DNA from: Camelus dromedarius | Lineage: Eukaryota | DNA length: 64,000 nt | Assembly (NCBI RefSeq): GCF_036321535.1 | Contig: NC_087437.1 | Location: 96,970,001-97,034,000, forward strand | Direction of reading: 5' to 3' | Shown: positions 1 through 13,215 of the stretch, piece after piece | How positions within the stretch are numbered: position 1 is the stretch's first letter | Layout: each line of letters opens with the position of its first letter | Notes under the pieces: generated by a model | The model's input: only the letters and a program-made list of their open reading frames with translations | Databases searched by the model: none | What the model was told of the DNA's origin: nothing | Translations under genes and position numbers: made by a program

Positions 1-374
1 TAGAAATATATAATGCATTCATATGTAGAAATATATAGCATAGCTTTTTCAACATTAAAAACAGTCATTTTATATTCGAGACTATGAATATGTGTATAGG
101 CAATATTTTTAAAAGTCCAATTTTGACATTTCAGCTTTTAAGTTTAAAATAGACCAAAGACATAACCAAAGAATGGAATGTCTCAGTCATAGGAAATATC
201 TGTTCCAGTTTATACATGCCAATCATAAATAATTCATTTTCTAATAACCCACATCTGAAAGTCTTTTACTACCCTCGAAATCAAAGGACTTAAAAATTAC
301 ATAAGCTTCTTTTCTGCAGCTGTAAGGGACATCTTTTGCCTATGAACTAACAAAGAATTTTCTTTGGCTCTGGA

Positions 375-530
375 ATTTATTCATTCATTCATTTATTCGT
401 TCCCTCTTTTATTTATTTGTCAGATATTTATGGATAACCAATAGGAATGAGTCTCCTGTATTCGAAACAGATATGGAAACCACTCTTAGGAAGCTTACAG
501 ACTTAGTGGGAGTGGCAAGAACTTATAAAT
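375..530 (-). mobile_element. L2 LINE 3' end fragment
   Basis: (ATTC)n tail, 'cagatatttatgg' and 'gaagcttacagacttagtggg' match the reverse complement of the L2 3' end. Confidence 0.55.
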
Positions 531-533
531 ATC

Positions 534-1087
534 TGAAATGCATCATCAGCAAAAATAAAGGGGTGGAGAGTTTAGCTAAGCTACTCCATGTATTGCTGCA
601 TCTGCATCCATTTGGTGTGACCAAGTGTCCTGCAGAGACCTTAAACTGACACTAGCCCCCTTATGCAAGGACATTCCTTAGATAACAGCCAAAAAGTCAC
701 AAGCAAATATAAGTCCGTAATATGACTCCCCCCAAATTCCTCGTGATCAAGTGTCTCTTGACTCCCAGTACCTGCATGCCTTATGTGCCCCTTGGATAAG
801 ACCTCTGTGGGACTACCAAAATCCCATTCTTTTTGTTTGAACTGACCAATCTGACACTAGGCCAGGAATCCCAAAACACTCTAACTACAGATACTAAGTG
901 CATCGGGTCCTGTCACTCTCTCTGCCTGCACACTGCTTTGATCTCTCCAAATGGGCCCTTGAGGTGTGCCTAGGACCTCCTCCAGGATCTGTGAGAAGTA
1001 AACTTCTCTATTTCAATTTCTCTTGTGGTCTTTTGTTGAACAGATTCACCATCTGGCACCCTGTGCTCCACTTAATAAATGTTAACA
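534..1087 (+). mobile_element. ERV solo LTR (ERV1-like), 5' boundary uncertain
   Basis: LTR-like composition, CCAAT at ~846, AGTAAA poly(A)-like signal at ~997, terminal ...aataaatgttaaCA; interrupts L2-like sequence. Confidence 0.6.
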
Positions 1088-1539
1088 AAGTCATACGATA
1101 GATAAGTTTATAAACTCAGAAAAGTGAAGACAGGGAAAGTGAGACGTAAGGTACAAAGAAAAAATACAGTAGTTCCATAGACGAACTACCTTTTTAATAC
1201 ATTTCTGAAGAATGGGGGAAAGATAATTTGCAGTGAGCAAGTGGAGAGGGCAAACAGGCAGTCAGATACCTGGAAAATGATAGCTGGCTTTTTAAGATTT
1301 TGCAAGCAACTACTAATTACATATTTTTGAAATACAAATGATTTGGTGGGTGCAGAGTCTAGACAGGTAGACAGAAATCAGCGCCTGCCCCGGAGGCCAT
1401 AAGAGACCTCAAGGATAACAGGTGTCTTGAGTAAAAGATCAGCCTAGAAACAGTGTGGAGAATGATATGAAGGGGAGACACAAAAAGCAGAAAACTAGGT
1501 CCTGATATTTTCTGTGAGGTAATGTACTTTACTTAATTC

Positions 1540-1672
1540 AAGCAGAACATCCTACCCCCAAGATCCTTAACTTCATCACATCTCTAAAGAATGTTTCTCC
1601 ATATAAAATAACATTTACAGGTTGCAGGGATTAGGATCTGATATCTTTGGGGCCGTTATTCAACCTATGACA
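1540..1672 (-). mobile_element. MaLR MLT1 LTR fragment
   Basis: 'aagatccttaacttcatcacatct...ggattaggatctgatatctttggggccgttattcaacctatgaca' resembles the reverse complement of an MLT1 5' end. Confidence 0.7.
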
Positions 1673-1679
1673 GACCTAC

Positions 1680-2830
1680 TTAATTGTAAGTGGCTGCAGG
1701 AATCGGGGTGTGAACATGGGAAATAGGAAACAGGATCATATGCTAAGAGAAGGTGGTGCTTGTCACACTGGATTCTTGCTTCATCAATTTCTGAAGTAGC
1801 AGTTGGGGAGAAGGGAGCAGAGAGCTGACTAGTTGCTAAGCAGTGTTCTGAATGGAGCAGAAAGACAGTTGTAAATATAGCAGTGGCAATAATCTGATGA
1901 GTAAGAGAAATGTTCCCCAGTCATCTTCAGATGGCTGGATGTAGGACTCAAGATGACAAGCAGTTGGATTAATCAGAGGCTTGAGTTAGCTCAGAATATG
2001 TGGCTGAAAAGATAAGCAAAAAATTGGGGTCGAGTGCTGTTTAAAAATGTTAAAGTGCTGGGTGAGGGGATCTAGGCTGTGTGAAGAAGCAACTGAAGTC
2101 AGGAGAGTGCTGAAATACTTAAGGAAAAAAGGTAAAACATGACTAATATGAATTAAAAGATCCAAATTATGTTCAAACAGATTTAGTATTTCAAAGGTAG
2201 AATAACTGAAAGCAGTGCCTACATGATAATGGGTGATTTGACAGTATGGATGTTGAATGTTATTGTTGAATAGAATAAAGTCAGAGGGTAAGCTCTTTTT
2301 TTTTTTAAGAGGTTAAGAAGCCTTTGTCGGCAGCCATTCTCAGACTTCAATGTGTCTAAGCATTGTCTGGACTGCCTGTGAAAAAGGCAGATTTCTTGAT
2401 TCTACCCTTGAGGATCCTGATTCAGTAGGTCTGATGTGGAATCCATGAATCTGACTCTTTAATGAAGACAATTTGGATATAGGTAGCAGGCATATTACAC
2501 TTTGAGAAACTGCCATAGGATGTTTAAAATATAACTTACATAAATATTATGGAAGTAGTATGGAAGCAAGATTTTGAATGGGAGAGAAAGGTGTGTCAAC
2601 CAGTCATCAACGAAGTCACTGAATACTAGAATAAATGGTAATGAGAATAAAAAGCATTGGATGACATGGATGAACATGGGAAAAGAAGTTCTTGCATAAG
2701 CATAAAATGGTACAGGCTGAGATTTACAGTAAAGGGCAAGGAGAACACCAACTCTATCCCTGGGTGGGACGAGAGTTAGAAAATGTGTTGTCTCTACATA
2801 GGGGCCTTTCAAGAGAGGTTTTGTCTTCAA
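1680..2830 (-). mobile_element. Degenerate L2 internal sequence (interrupted by MER5)
   Basis: Purine-rich + strand with decayed L2-like motifs; accounts for the incidental ORF 2495-2830. Confidence 0.35.
2328..2511. mobile_element. MER5-type hAT-Charlie non-autonomous DNA transposon
   Basis: 'ttctcagactt...ctgattcagtaggtctg...cactttgagaaactg', typical of MER5A/B with short terminal inverted repeats. Confidence 0.7.
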
Positions 2831-3404
2831 GAAAAGCCAAGGTTTAAGTAAACTAAAGAAATAATCTTCTCACTTGTGTACATGAGTTCATCATAGGTAG
2901 GATATTACTTATATTTTATTTCCCACATTCTCTTCACATATAAAAGAAACAATTAATATTATGTTTTTAAAAACAGTATTTTTTCTTTACATAAAACTTG
3001 GCTGTAACTCAGTCTAGAGAAATTTATCTTGATAGCATATTTTATTTAAAAAAACAACAATGCTATCATATGAAAGTACATTATTATAATGGATACTTTC
3101 AAAGGAATAATTCTGATAACTAAAACATTTGTTTTTCTATTCAAACAGCAAGACTTCATAACACAAGAAATAGTATATTGACACATACATTTATATTTTT
3201 TTCACTTTTAAAAGGAATCATATTCTAATTTTAGTGTACATAATTAAAAGAAATGTACTTCTTATTTACTTTCCCATTCTATTGAGGTATGATAAACATG
3301 ATGTATTTCTTTAATAAAATGTCTATAGTTTTGTCAGCATTTCAGTCATAAGGAAACAACAGAAATAATATACAAGCAGAATTTTAATTTAAATTGAGAA
3401 AGTC

Positions 3405-3875
3405 CATCTAATAATGTTCATGGTAGCATTATTAATAACAGACAAAATGTAGAAGCAATCCAAATGTCCATTAACTAATGAGTGGATAACTAAAATTCAT
3501 TCAGTGGAATGCTATTCAGCAATAAAAATGAATTAGTGATATATGCCACAATATGGATAAACTTTGAAAAATTATGTTAAGTGAAAGAAGCCACTCACAG
3601 AAGATCACATGTTATATAATTCCATTTATTTGCAATTTCCAGGATGGACTAATCTAGAAAGACAGAAAGTAGATTAGGGGTCGCCAGTTGCCAGTTTGAG
3701 GGTGTATGTAGCAAGAGGAAATGGGTAGTGAATGCTGCTGGATACAAAGTTTCTTTTTGGGTGACATCCTAAAATTAGGTTATGATAATGGTTGCACAAT
3801 TTTGTACATGTGTTAAAAACCACTGACTTTATGCTTATGTATTCTGTTTCTCAATAAAACTTTTAAAAATAAAAA
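3405..3875 (+). mobile_element. Old L1M (L1MB/MC/ME-type) 3' end
   Basis: 'aatgttcatggtagcattatt...caaatgtccattaact...gtggaatgctattcagcaataaaa...agtgaaagaagcca...gacagaaagtagattag...tctcaataaaac' followed by an A-rich tail. Confidence 0.85.
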
Positions 3876-4471
3876 GCTTTCTAAGTTCTCCCTCTAGGAT
3901 AACCTGTGGTCAATGTCATAAATAGTCCTCACACAGTATTTCCTCCTGTCTCATTCCCTCTGTTGTGCTACCTCAAGTCAGTTCACTCTTCCCTGCCTTC
4001 AGTCTCTATAGAACATTTCCAGAGGCATTGCTGTAACACAGAGACCTACTTCATTCAAAGTCACACAAGTCCCACTTTAAGTCTTTACTTTTCAAATCAC
4101 TTCTACTTGATTTCTTCATGGCTAATAGAATGACTTCCTACCCAACCCCGCCCCCCTTCCCCCTTGGTAATAAATATAAAACACATTCTGGAACACAAGT
4201 GCAAGTTTCTTGTAAAATAAACCGCCAAAGCTAGTTGTAACACACTGGGTGTCCCAAATCTTCTTCCCAAGGATCAAAGCCTGATTTCACTGGATTGTTA
4301 GCCTGATAGAAATGAAAACAGCCTGCTTCTAGCATTCAGCCTTATGATCCTGAAAATAAAAAGAATAAATGTGGTAGAAACAGCTGTACATTTTCAGGAA
4401 TGATATACTTCAGCTGGAATTTTTTTAAACTTAAGTTTTGCATTTGAGTTTATACCAACAACTAACTTTAG

Positions 4472-4562
4472 ACAGTCACACATGATCCAGAAATGGGGCT
4501 TTGAAGATGAAAGACGAAAGGCAGCACAACAGAACAAGGTTGGCCAAAAGAAGATGAAATAA
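4472..4562 (+). CDS. Probable terminal coding exon of an unidentified gene (..QSHMIQKWGFEDERRKAAQQNKVGQKKMK*)
   Basis: Open, protein-like frame ending in TAA at 4560-4562. Candidate acceptors: tttAG 4470-4471, cAG 4474-4475, or tacttcAG 4412-4413 (which would add GIFLNLSFAFEFIPTTNFR). Followed by ~2 kb of repeat-free AT-rich sequence with several AATAAA. Upstream exons not identified in the window. Confidence 0.5.
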
Positions 4563-6503
4563 ATGAGTAAATAATGCAGGAAGTAATCAGAATCATAGAA
4601 ACATGGTATTAAGAACTTAATAAACTGAAAACCATTTCTGAGGAGAAATATATCATAATGACAGTTCCCTGCATTATATTATGAAGGTAATGAAGTTAAG
4701 GAGTCAAAAGACTCATCAGAAATATGCTACTTTATAACTAATGAGAAACAATAGATGAAAGGCAAATTGAAATGTGTTTATTTCTCTCATCACAGAAGCC
4801 CAGGTGATGTATAAAATATGAAACTTCAAAAGTGAAGAAAAATGTTTTATGTAGAAGTTGGGAAACTTTGTAAACATTTTTGATATTTTTAACCTTACTA
4901 TTGAAATATTAGAGATTTTTGATTTTGAATATTAAGTACACTTGAGAATCTGGTTGATTTTTTTTTGAAAGGTGATAATTTATACTGAGTGGAAGCTGTG
5001 AGCTCTCTTGGCTAATTTCAAATAAGCATCTTGACTCATGTTGAAGGAGTCAACCTGTTTTATGATTTATGCCAGAGTTTTGAAAATCTTGAGTTTTGTC
5101 AAATTATATATATATATACATATATTTTTAAAAAGCTTTTGATATACAACTTGGAATATTTTTGTGACATAATGGACAAGGGAAATTAGTAACCAATTTT
5201 CATATTATCAGAACTTGATCATTACTCTAAGAAAATTTACTTGCTAAACAAATGCCCTCAATGAAAAGGATTATAAATTTCAGTATTTTTAACATTATTC
5301 TTTAGTGGCTGACTTTGCAAGAGAGAACTGCAAGTCAACTAGTCTCCTAAATATAGGATTTTAAATAGAAAGCTAAATTATTATAACCATATTCTTTCAT
5401 CCAAATGGCTAGTTTTGACTCTAAAAATGGATTTTGTTTTTCTTACCCAAGTTTATAGACTCTTCCAAACAAAAAGTTAAATACTAAACATAAGCATATT
5501 GCTTTGCTTTGGTCCTGCCTATGACAAACTTGTGAAGTAGGTAAGATCTGTAACAAGTAAGATTTCTTCCATCTCTTCTTTTTATTGTTTCGTTCCTTCA
5601 GGAAAATAGCTGCCTCTGAAACTCCAAGCAGATACAGAAGCTTCTCAGGCTTTTTCTACATGAATAAACAAAGGATGGCAAATATTTCTGTCTGCTAACT
5701 CTGCCGAACAAAAGTATCTTCTGAGTGCCCAATTCTCTTATGTAGTGACCTATTTGATAAGCTCTCAGTTAAAGAGAGAAAGTTTTTAGGAAATCATTTT
5801 TTTCTAGCAGAACTTTTACATTTTTATTAAGATTCTTACCAAAAAATTGTGTTAATGACACAATTCAGGATGAATTCATTAAATGTATTTCATGTGAATT
5901 TTTTTACTTTAAAATATATAGGTATTAATCTACAGAAAATTAAAAAAAATTTAAGGGAGAATTACAACTACAACAAAGTCAGTTAAAATTTGAAAAAATT
6001 AGTTAAAATTAAAATAGATATAATCAAACACACCATTTAGCTAATATTTAAAAATTCTCATCTGAGGCAGTATAAATATCATTCTGATGTCTAGATAATT
6101 GAAAAAAATAGCCAAGTCTATATGCTTAGATAAATCATTCCATCTATGACAGCTTATCTATGCTAGCAATGAATTGCATTTTCTATCAAGTTTAAAGGAT
6201 AGTTTCCAGTGTAAGTATACCAAATACATGTTAAATAAAATCTTAGCCACCATTATAAAAATAGATCTAGTTTAATTTTACATCTCTAATATTAAAAATT
6301 ATGACCACACTAAAATTTCCTGTGTGCTGCATGCGGAGAATGTGTAAATGATTTTTTAAAGAAGCAAAAGGGGTGATAGATAATGTAATGAAGCAAAAAT
6401 ACCCAAAGCTGGGAAATTAGTTCATGCTTTGTTGAATGTGTCTGTATTGAGTTGAGTATTGTATTTTGTGTCATTTGAAAGGACATATGTCCTGGAAACA
6501 GCC

Positions 6504-6575
6504 AATAAAATGTTTTTTTTAATAAAAGTGACTAAAATATTCTAGGCAATGGTTTTGCATTTTCAGATGAATAAA
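6504..6575 (+). terminator. Cluster of polyadenylation signals (candidate 3' end of the + strand gene)
   Basis: AATAAA at 6504-6509, 6521-6526 and 6570-6575, preceded by TGTA motifs (~6443-6465) and with GT/T-rich sequence nearby. Confidence 0.45.
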
Positions 6576-9500
6576 GCCCTTCTTAGGTGACCTTTGTATT
6601 GCAAGTACATTCTTTCTATCTACGTTTATCTAACAGTAAATGTAAAGGCTCGATACTCTAACTAGGAAATAGCATTGCTCACAAATCAAAGCCTCAAAAG
6701 AAATATTCTTGTGATACTTCCTGAATGATGAGAGCTATTAAAACACATATCTTTAATGCCCTATGACTATTTATAATCAAGAAAGTCTGTCTTAATTTAA
6801 ATGATTTTAGGCTTAAATTGCTAAGATTTTTAAGCCAATTCATAGTAAATTTTCCCTTAGTAAATTGTCCCAAGATAAAAATTTTGAAAAACACTGTGCC
6901 TTTCAACTAGGAAAGGGTGATTACAGTTATTTTGGGAATGTATCACAATAACAGTGGCAAAAGGAACAGATTTTGATGAAGCTATTGTTACCCTGACCAG
7001 CAAGATTTAAATTTAAGGTGCTGTATGCATAAAATTTATCAGGTAGGATGGTAGTAATTTTGGCCTATTAATTGTACTGGCATTACATAACTTGTCCTGC
7101 AATTTCTAATGCTAAACTGATGGTGAGGGTAGCTGTTAGTGTATAACTCTCAGGCTTAAGCTTGTATCTGTTCTTCTTTGGAAATTAAATGGATGTCATA
7201 AAAATTCTTTAGCAAAGATCTGTTATCAATTAGTGTTTCCATATAAAATTGTTATAGAGATCATCTATCTGCTATAGACATTTACAAACATCAAACATTC
7301 ATTCCTTTCTTTAGGGAATGGTGAAGTACCTTCCAGTTTGCTCAGGTTATGTAATGGTAGTAAAACAAACAGACCAAGATTACAGCCATTCTACTTGATG
7401 GGTATTATGTTTACATCAGTTTAAATTTAAATATTAATAGTCAAATAAATATGCATAGCAGTTATCAATTTTTTTATTAAAAGTATCTCAAAAGTTACCA
7501 TTTTAAAATAATTTGGGGCATTAAAAATGGTTTTGTAATCATCTGAGTTACTTTCAAAGACTGTTAACTGTGGCCAAGTAAAATTTCCACAGCCAGTGAA
7601 GCTCTTTACATTAGAAGAAGGTTTTGCTTTTGATTCTTCTGACTGCCAATTGTAGAGATTCTTTTTGAAAACTGGCTTTAGAGTCAATTCATGGGTTACA
7701 GAAGAATATCAAAGCTCTTGCCTTTTGGTCACATTTTCTTTTTTAAAATAAAATTGATGTATCTCGTTTAATCACCTACTTAATGCACCAAATTCAGCTG
7801 ATGCTCCATGATAAAATATAAAATAGTCATGTTTACACTATTTACAACTCTTGTTTAAATTGTGGGGGGTTTTAGCCTAGCTACCTTTCATGAAGAAATG
7901 GTGGACAAGGTCTTTGTAAAAGATTTATAGAGTTAGAAATGAAAACAAAAGAAATATTTAGTACTATCATGCTCACCGGTTTGCTCTGTGGCTATAAAAC
8001 TGGTATCAGACATCACTTCACATCAACAAGGTTGAATGGCTTTAAATCCACTTTTTAAGCAAAAATGTATATAAAAAATGAATGGGTATGATGCAAGTGT
8101 GGCAGTGATTTCCATATATAACATCCTTGAAATAAACTACAAAGTGATTTTGGTACATTTTCATGAGAGTAGACATGACTTAACTGGAGGATGTGTGTTA
8201 TTCACAAGGATTTGCTATGGTCAGTTAATGTGGGACAGTTAATGTGGAGTTTGCCATTGGCTATTCCATTAAGCAATTCAGAGATTCCCTACAGGCAAAT
8301 TTAAGCACATGCAACATCTGAGCTCAGTCATGGAAGTCAGAAACGAAACTGATTCCACATGATGGCTCACCTCTTTCATTTTTAACAGTCATGAGTGGCC
8401 TGCAGACAAAGTTCAACCTGCTAGATAAACAACAAATTTGTCTGTTGTTTGAAGTGTAAACAAGGGATAATTTACTCATTTGTTAATTTTGTTTCTGGCT
8501 TTAGCACATTAGGTTGTATTGGTTCTCTGACATAAGCAACCTTTATCTAGACTCATTTAAATTGCAATTTTCTTCAAAATCTGCAGCAAGATTATTTTGA
8601 ATCACCTCAGTGTGGAATATATCCAATTTCTAAGACAGAGCCTCTTCTTAAAAAGTAAACCAAATGGTGTTTGGAACCGTATCTATCTGTAAAATATTTT
8701 AAAAAATAATAAATAAATAAACAAACAGATGGATTAGCAACCTGAGATATACATTTTTTTCCTTCTTTTTTGGGTAAAGCTTAAATGTTCACCAAGGCAA
8801 CAACACCAGCTTTCTTGTACTTAAAAAAGCAGTTTTAAGGATAGTTTCAAAGAAAGAAATGCCAAAACAATGTCTAAGGCAGAACTGCCTGAATTAATGT
8901 TTTATCAATGCATCTACTTTGACAATACACAGATGCCAATAAAATAAATCAGCCACATTTCTTTATATTTCATATGCAAAACTGTGATAAAACCAGAATA
9001 AAGTAATGCCCACAAGTGTATAATCTGAGTATGACAAATTCTGTCAGTACAAGTATTGTTTACAAACTAGCCCTCTATGAGAAACTAATTCTGATAAAAT
9101 CTTTTAAAACAAAGCTTCTACCCAAGAGTCAAAACACAACTGTTTTGCAGCCAAAGCCAATCTTAAACCTACTTTGAAGACAGAACTTGATAAAACTTTA
9201 TTGTGAACATTTATGTCTTCTTTGCTGTGTTGAGTAAGATTTATATATGAGACAAGCCATTGATCTGGTTTATATTCCTCAATAAGAGAGAATAAAAGGG
9301 GGCTGTGGATTGAAGCCCTCTATGTATATTCCTTTTTCCTTGAGGGCCATAAAGAAAGAAAATTGGATTAAAATGACTAAACGTTCTTGGAACAATCCCC
9401 ACAAATGCCACTAATTACAGATTTTGGTTTCTTTGGTTCTCACGGCTCTAATTGTTATTTTATTACAGTGCACAACACAGTATCAGATGCTTTCCATACG

Positions 9501-11749
9501 ACACACATTTAACATCCTCACATTACAGATCATGGGCCAAGATTCTGGTTCAAATGCAATTATGTTTAAGCAATGCAAAAGGAACCACGGGAAAAGTGAG
9601 AGCTGTCAAATACTACACTGTCCATGCTACTGAGCTAGATTACCAGAAAGAGGCCAGCCTTGGAGACTTCCATTTCTTGTTTCCTAGGATTCTACTGAGT
9701 TCATCTTTATTAAATGTATATTTTAATGACAGACTTACAAGGGTTTTTGTTGTTGCTGTTGGTGGTATTTTTTAACAAAAGCATAGCATAAGCTTCCTGG
9801 AAGATTAGTGACTTTTTTTTCTTTAGAACTTCAGCAAAGTTGTTTGCAGGGATTCAAGTAAGATCCCATAGGAACACTTATTAATCTGGGGCTGGGTTTC
9901 TAATTATTTATTAGATGGAAGAGGAAAAGGGCCATCTCTTTCTCTGTCTAATTACACATTGGAAAATCTGTTTTATCCCTAATAATTGTATAAATACAAA
10001 ATGACATTGAATGCCATCATTTAAAATAAACAGACCAAAACCTTAAAATATTTCTACACTGGTATCAGAATGAAAGATAGAGTGTTTATGAGCTTGGGTC
10101 ACCTGTTGCAAATTAAGGTCTACAGGATAAAGAGTTAAACCCCCTCCTTTTTTTTTTGTCCAATACACACTCATTAGGCGCCAAAAAGAACAGGCTTAAG
10201 GCTTGAATCCAGTTAACAGACCCTTTGGCAGAACCACCAGTCTCTGTATTTCATCTCAGATGCTGATTTGTTGCAAGAAAAATATGTATTAAGAAGTTCC
10301 CAAAGTCAATGCCATGTCAATACAATTGTGTGCTATTTTAATGTATATGTATATTCCACTTCAGTCTACTGCTACTTTTGAAAAACTGTACTATATTGAC
10401 TCTATCAGACGGTGATCAGACAGACTCTTTAAACTATGAGTAATGGGGAAGGAACTCTTATCAAGGGACTGCGCTGAACTGTCCTGATAGTCTGTTAAGT
10501 TCTCTGCCTTGTGAAAAAGGAGCATTAGCTGTATACATGGTATTCCACAAATGTATGTTCTGGTTGGCTTCCTTTGACACATGTTCTCAGAATTCCTCTC
10601 TCCAAATGGAATTTGATTAACCTTCCTCTTCAGTTCTAGTTAATATCAAAAGTTTGCTTGCTGTTCAATGGGTTCAAACCAATTCTTCATAATGCTACTC
10701 TGACATAGAACCCATCATTCCATGTCTGAATGGTAATTAAGTCTAGTTTTTCATACCCTTTGAAAAATGATCTCCTAAAGCAAAGACGATATCTCATTCC
10801 CTCACAATAAGCATCAGCAGCACCACCACTTATTAAAGCTCATCATATTCAAGTCTTGATTTAGTTGCTAAAAAGGAAAAGATATAAATAGCTCATGGGC
10901 AAAGTTTGTTTTCCTAATTTGGGGGTATTGCTGATTCCTACATAAGATCATTTTTCCGCACGCTGAAACAAAAACAAAAATAAAACTGAGTATTAAAAGA
11001 CTTCATTCTTTTAAGCAGACTATCCCCTTTCCTAATATACTAACTGTATAGCTTTTGGTAAAGTTTTCTAAAGTATAGTTTTCTATATTTTTCTGAAGTC
11101 TTAGGTTTTTACTTTAAAGAATCACAGTTCTAAACATATCACTTAACTATCCTGACTTCATCTGATTAAATGGAGTCGGGTCTCTTTTAATTGTTTTTAT
11201 GTTATCTTTCAGTCATAACAGCTTACAGTGGAAATGGAATTGCTCTACATCTCATAGGTGTGACTGAGGACTCAATCAACTCACCTGTAACTTTGGAGGG
11301 CATTTTAATGCATGTACTTAGTTTTGAATAAAGACGGCTAACTAAAGTCTACCAACTGGTTGCAAGTGGAAATAAAAAGAAAAAAAGGCAATTTTCTTTT
11401 TTAAACAGGTAACACGGTTATCTCTGTGTCTTGTCTCTGAATTCTTTTTGTGGTGAGACAGGAATCTAATCGCTGGCAACAATATCAGAAAACAGAGAAA
11501 AGAGTTACTGATAAATGACAATAAATGAACTGAAAGTACTTAAGTTTTGTAACACACAGCTGCATTCTCAAATATCTTTCTTTTCTCTCTCTATTCTCCC
11601 TGGGAAAATGTATACTGAATTTTCAATGAATCTTTGATGCATATCTTTTCAAGGTATAGTAAACATTTCTATCAAGATATTTCATAGAAATTTCAAATTT
11701 AGAATATAAAAATAAATCCATTATACTCACCCCTCAAAAACCAAAACCA

Positions 11750-13215
11750 AAATGTCTATATTTCCCTTTTGAGTTAATGGCACCATCATCTACCTGACTG
11801 CCCAAATAAGAAACCCAGAAGTCATCCTGACTCCCACTGTCCCTGTAACTCACACAACCTGATGATTTGATCTAGTTAATATATTGCTATTCTTTCTGCT
11901 ATCATTTGAGTCCTCTGGCTGATTTCTGAAATTCCAAATTTGTCCCCTTATTTCAAAACTCCACATCTTCATCCACTCAAACCTATTATGTCACAGTGAT
12001 CTTTTTAAAACATGGATAAAACTTTAAGGAGAACTTTGTACCTATAGAGTAGAGTCCAAGTTCTTAGGTATGGCATGCAGTCTTGTGATGTGTGATTGGC
12101 TTTTTGTTCTGCTATATATTCAGCCAACACCTGATCAAATGACATGTTCCCTAGATGACAGTCTGCTGTCTTTTTTCACTTAAAGTTTATTATACAAAAA
12201 ATATATGAAGAGGGTTTTGATATGAATAATTCAACTAAAAAGAATATATTTGGGAAAGTATCTTCAAATACTCAATTCCTCTTCACCTTTCATTTCTTAG
12301 AAATAACTATCAAACACTGGATGTGAATTTTATCATGCTCTGTCTTACCTCTAGATTGATTACTGTTCTTCTGTTCCCCCTGCCAGGAATGACCTTCCCC
12401 TTTTGTACACTGAACTCACACAGACCCAACAGTCTAGGCTCAAATGTCATCTCTAGAAGAGAATATTTCCTCAATTCTGTGGAACTATAGAGAAAATATT
12501 TTTATGTTTCTCGATGCATAGGGTTATTCTAGGCAAATAAACTGGAACCTGGGTTGAAGTATATGCCTTAAAAGTTAAAAGGCGATAGGACAGAAAGCCA
12601 TATTTAAAGATATATAGAGATTTATCTCCCTAGAGCTATGTGCTTCTATTTCAAAGAGGAATGAAACCCAGAAGCCATTCCCTTGATTTTAAATTCAAAT
12701 TTACATTACATTTCCAATTTGTAAAGCACTTGGGTGATAAGGTTTTTTGCCCTCTCAGAATAGAGGAGGGTGGCAGCTGTATAGTAGTTCCCATTTAAAC
12801 TTCAGGATTCATAATTTAGGAGTTCTCCTGTGGTATAGATCTCTTCCCTTTGTACACACAGGCATAACAAACTGGCTCTCATCTCTTTGCCTCATATGGG
12901 GATTGGGGTTTAGAGAAATACTCTATTTTTGATCCAGAAACATCATGTTTGATTTCAGGATAATATAGATAAATATAGATCAAATTGAGCAAATTAAGGG
13001 TTCCTCTTCTATTTTTCCCATAGGCACTTGTTCATACCTCTAACAATAAACTTATCACATTGGTTTATCTATTTTTAAAAATTGTTGCCCATTAAATGTG
13101 TTATAAGATAATAAATAGAAGCAGTCATCTATTAATCTTTGGGTCACAAGTTACTTGTGTATTTCCTACTACAATGCGACAAAAGGATACAAATAACAAA
13201 TATTCAGTTGTAATT
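11750..13215 (+). mobile_element. Fragmented L2 LINE 3' portion
   Basis: 'ttaatggcaccatcatctacctgactgcccaaataagaaacccagaagtcatcctgactcc', 'gagtccaagttcttaggtatggcatgcag', 'ggctcaaatgtcatctct' and terminal 'acaaatattcagttg'. Confidence 0.55.

Noticed and set aside
7427..7687. 86-aa minus-strand ORF
   Set aside because: Non-ATG start, no convincing flanking splice sites, no recognisable homology.
9469..9595. Plus-strand AG/GT-bounded segment with two open frames
   Set aside because: Lies beyond the putative stop and poly(A) cluster, and neither peptide looks protein-like.
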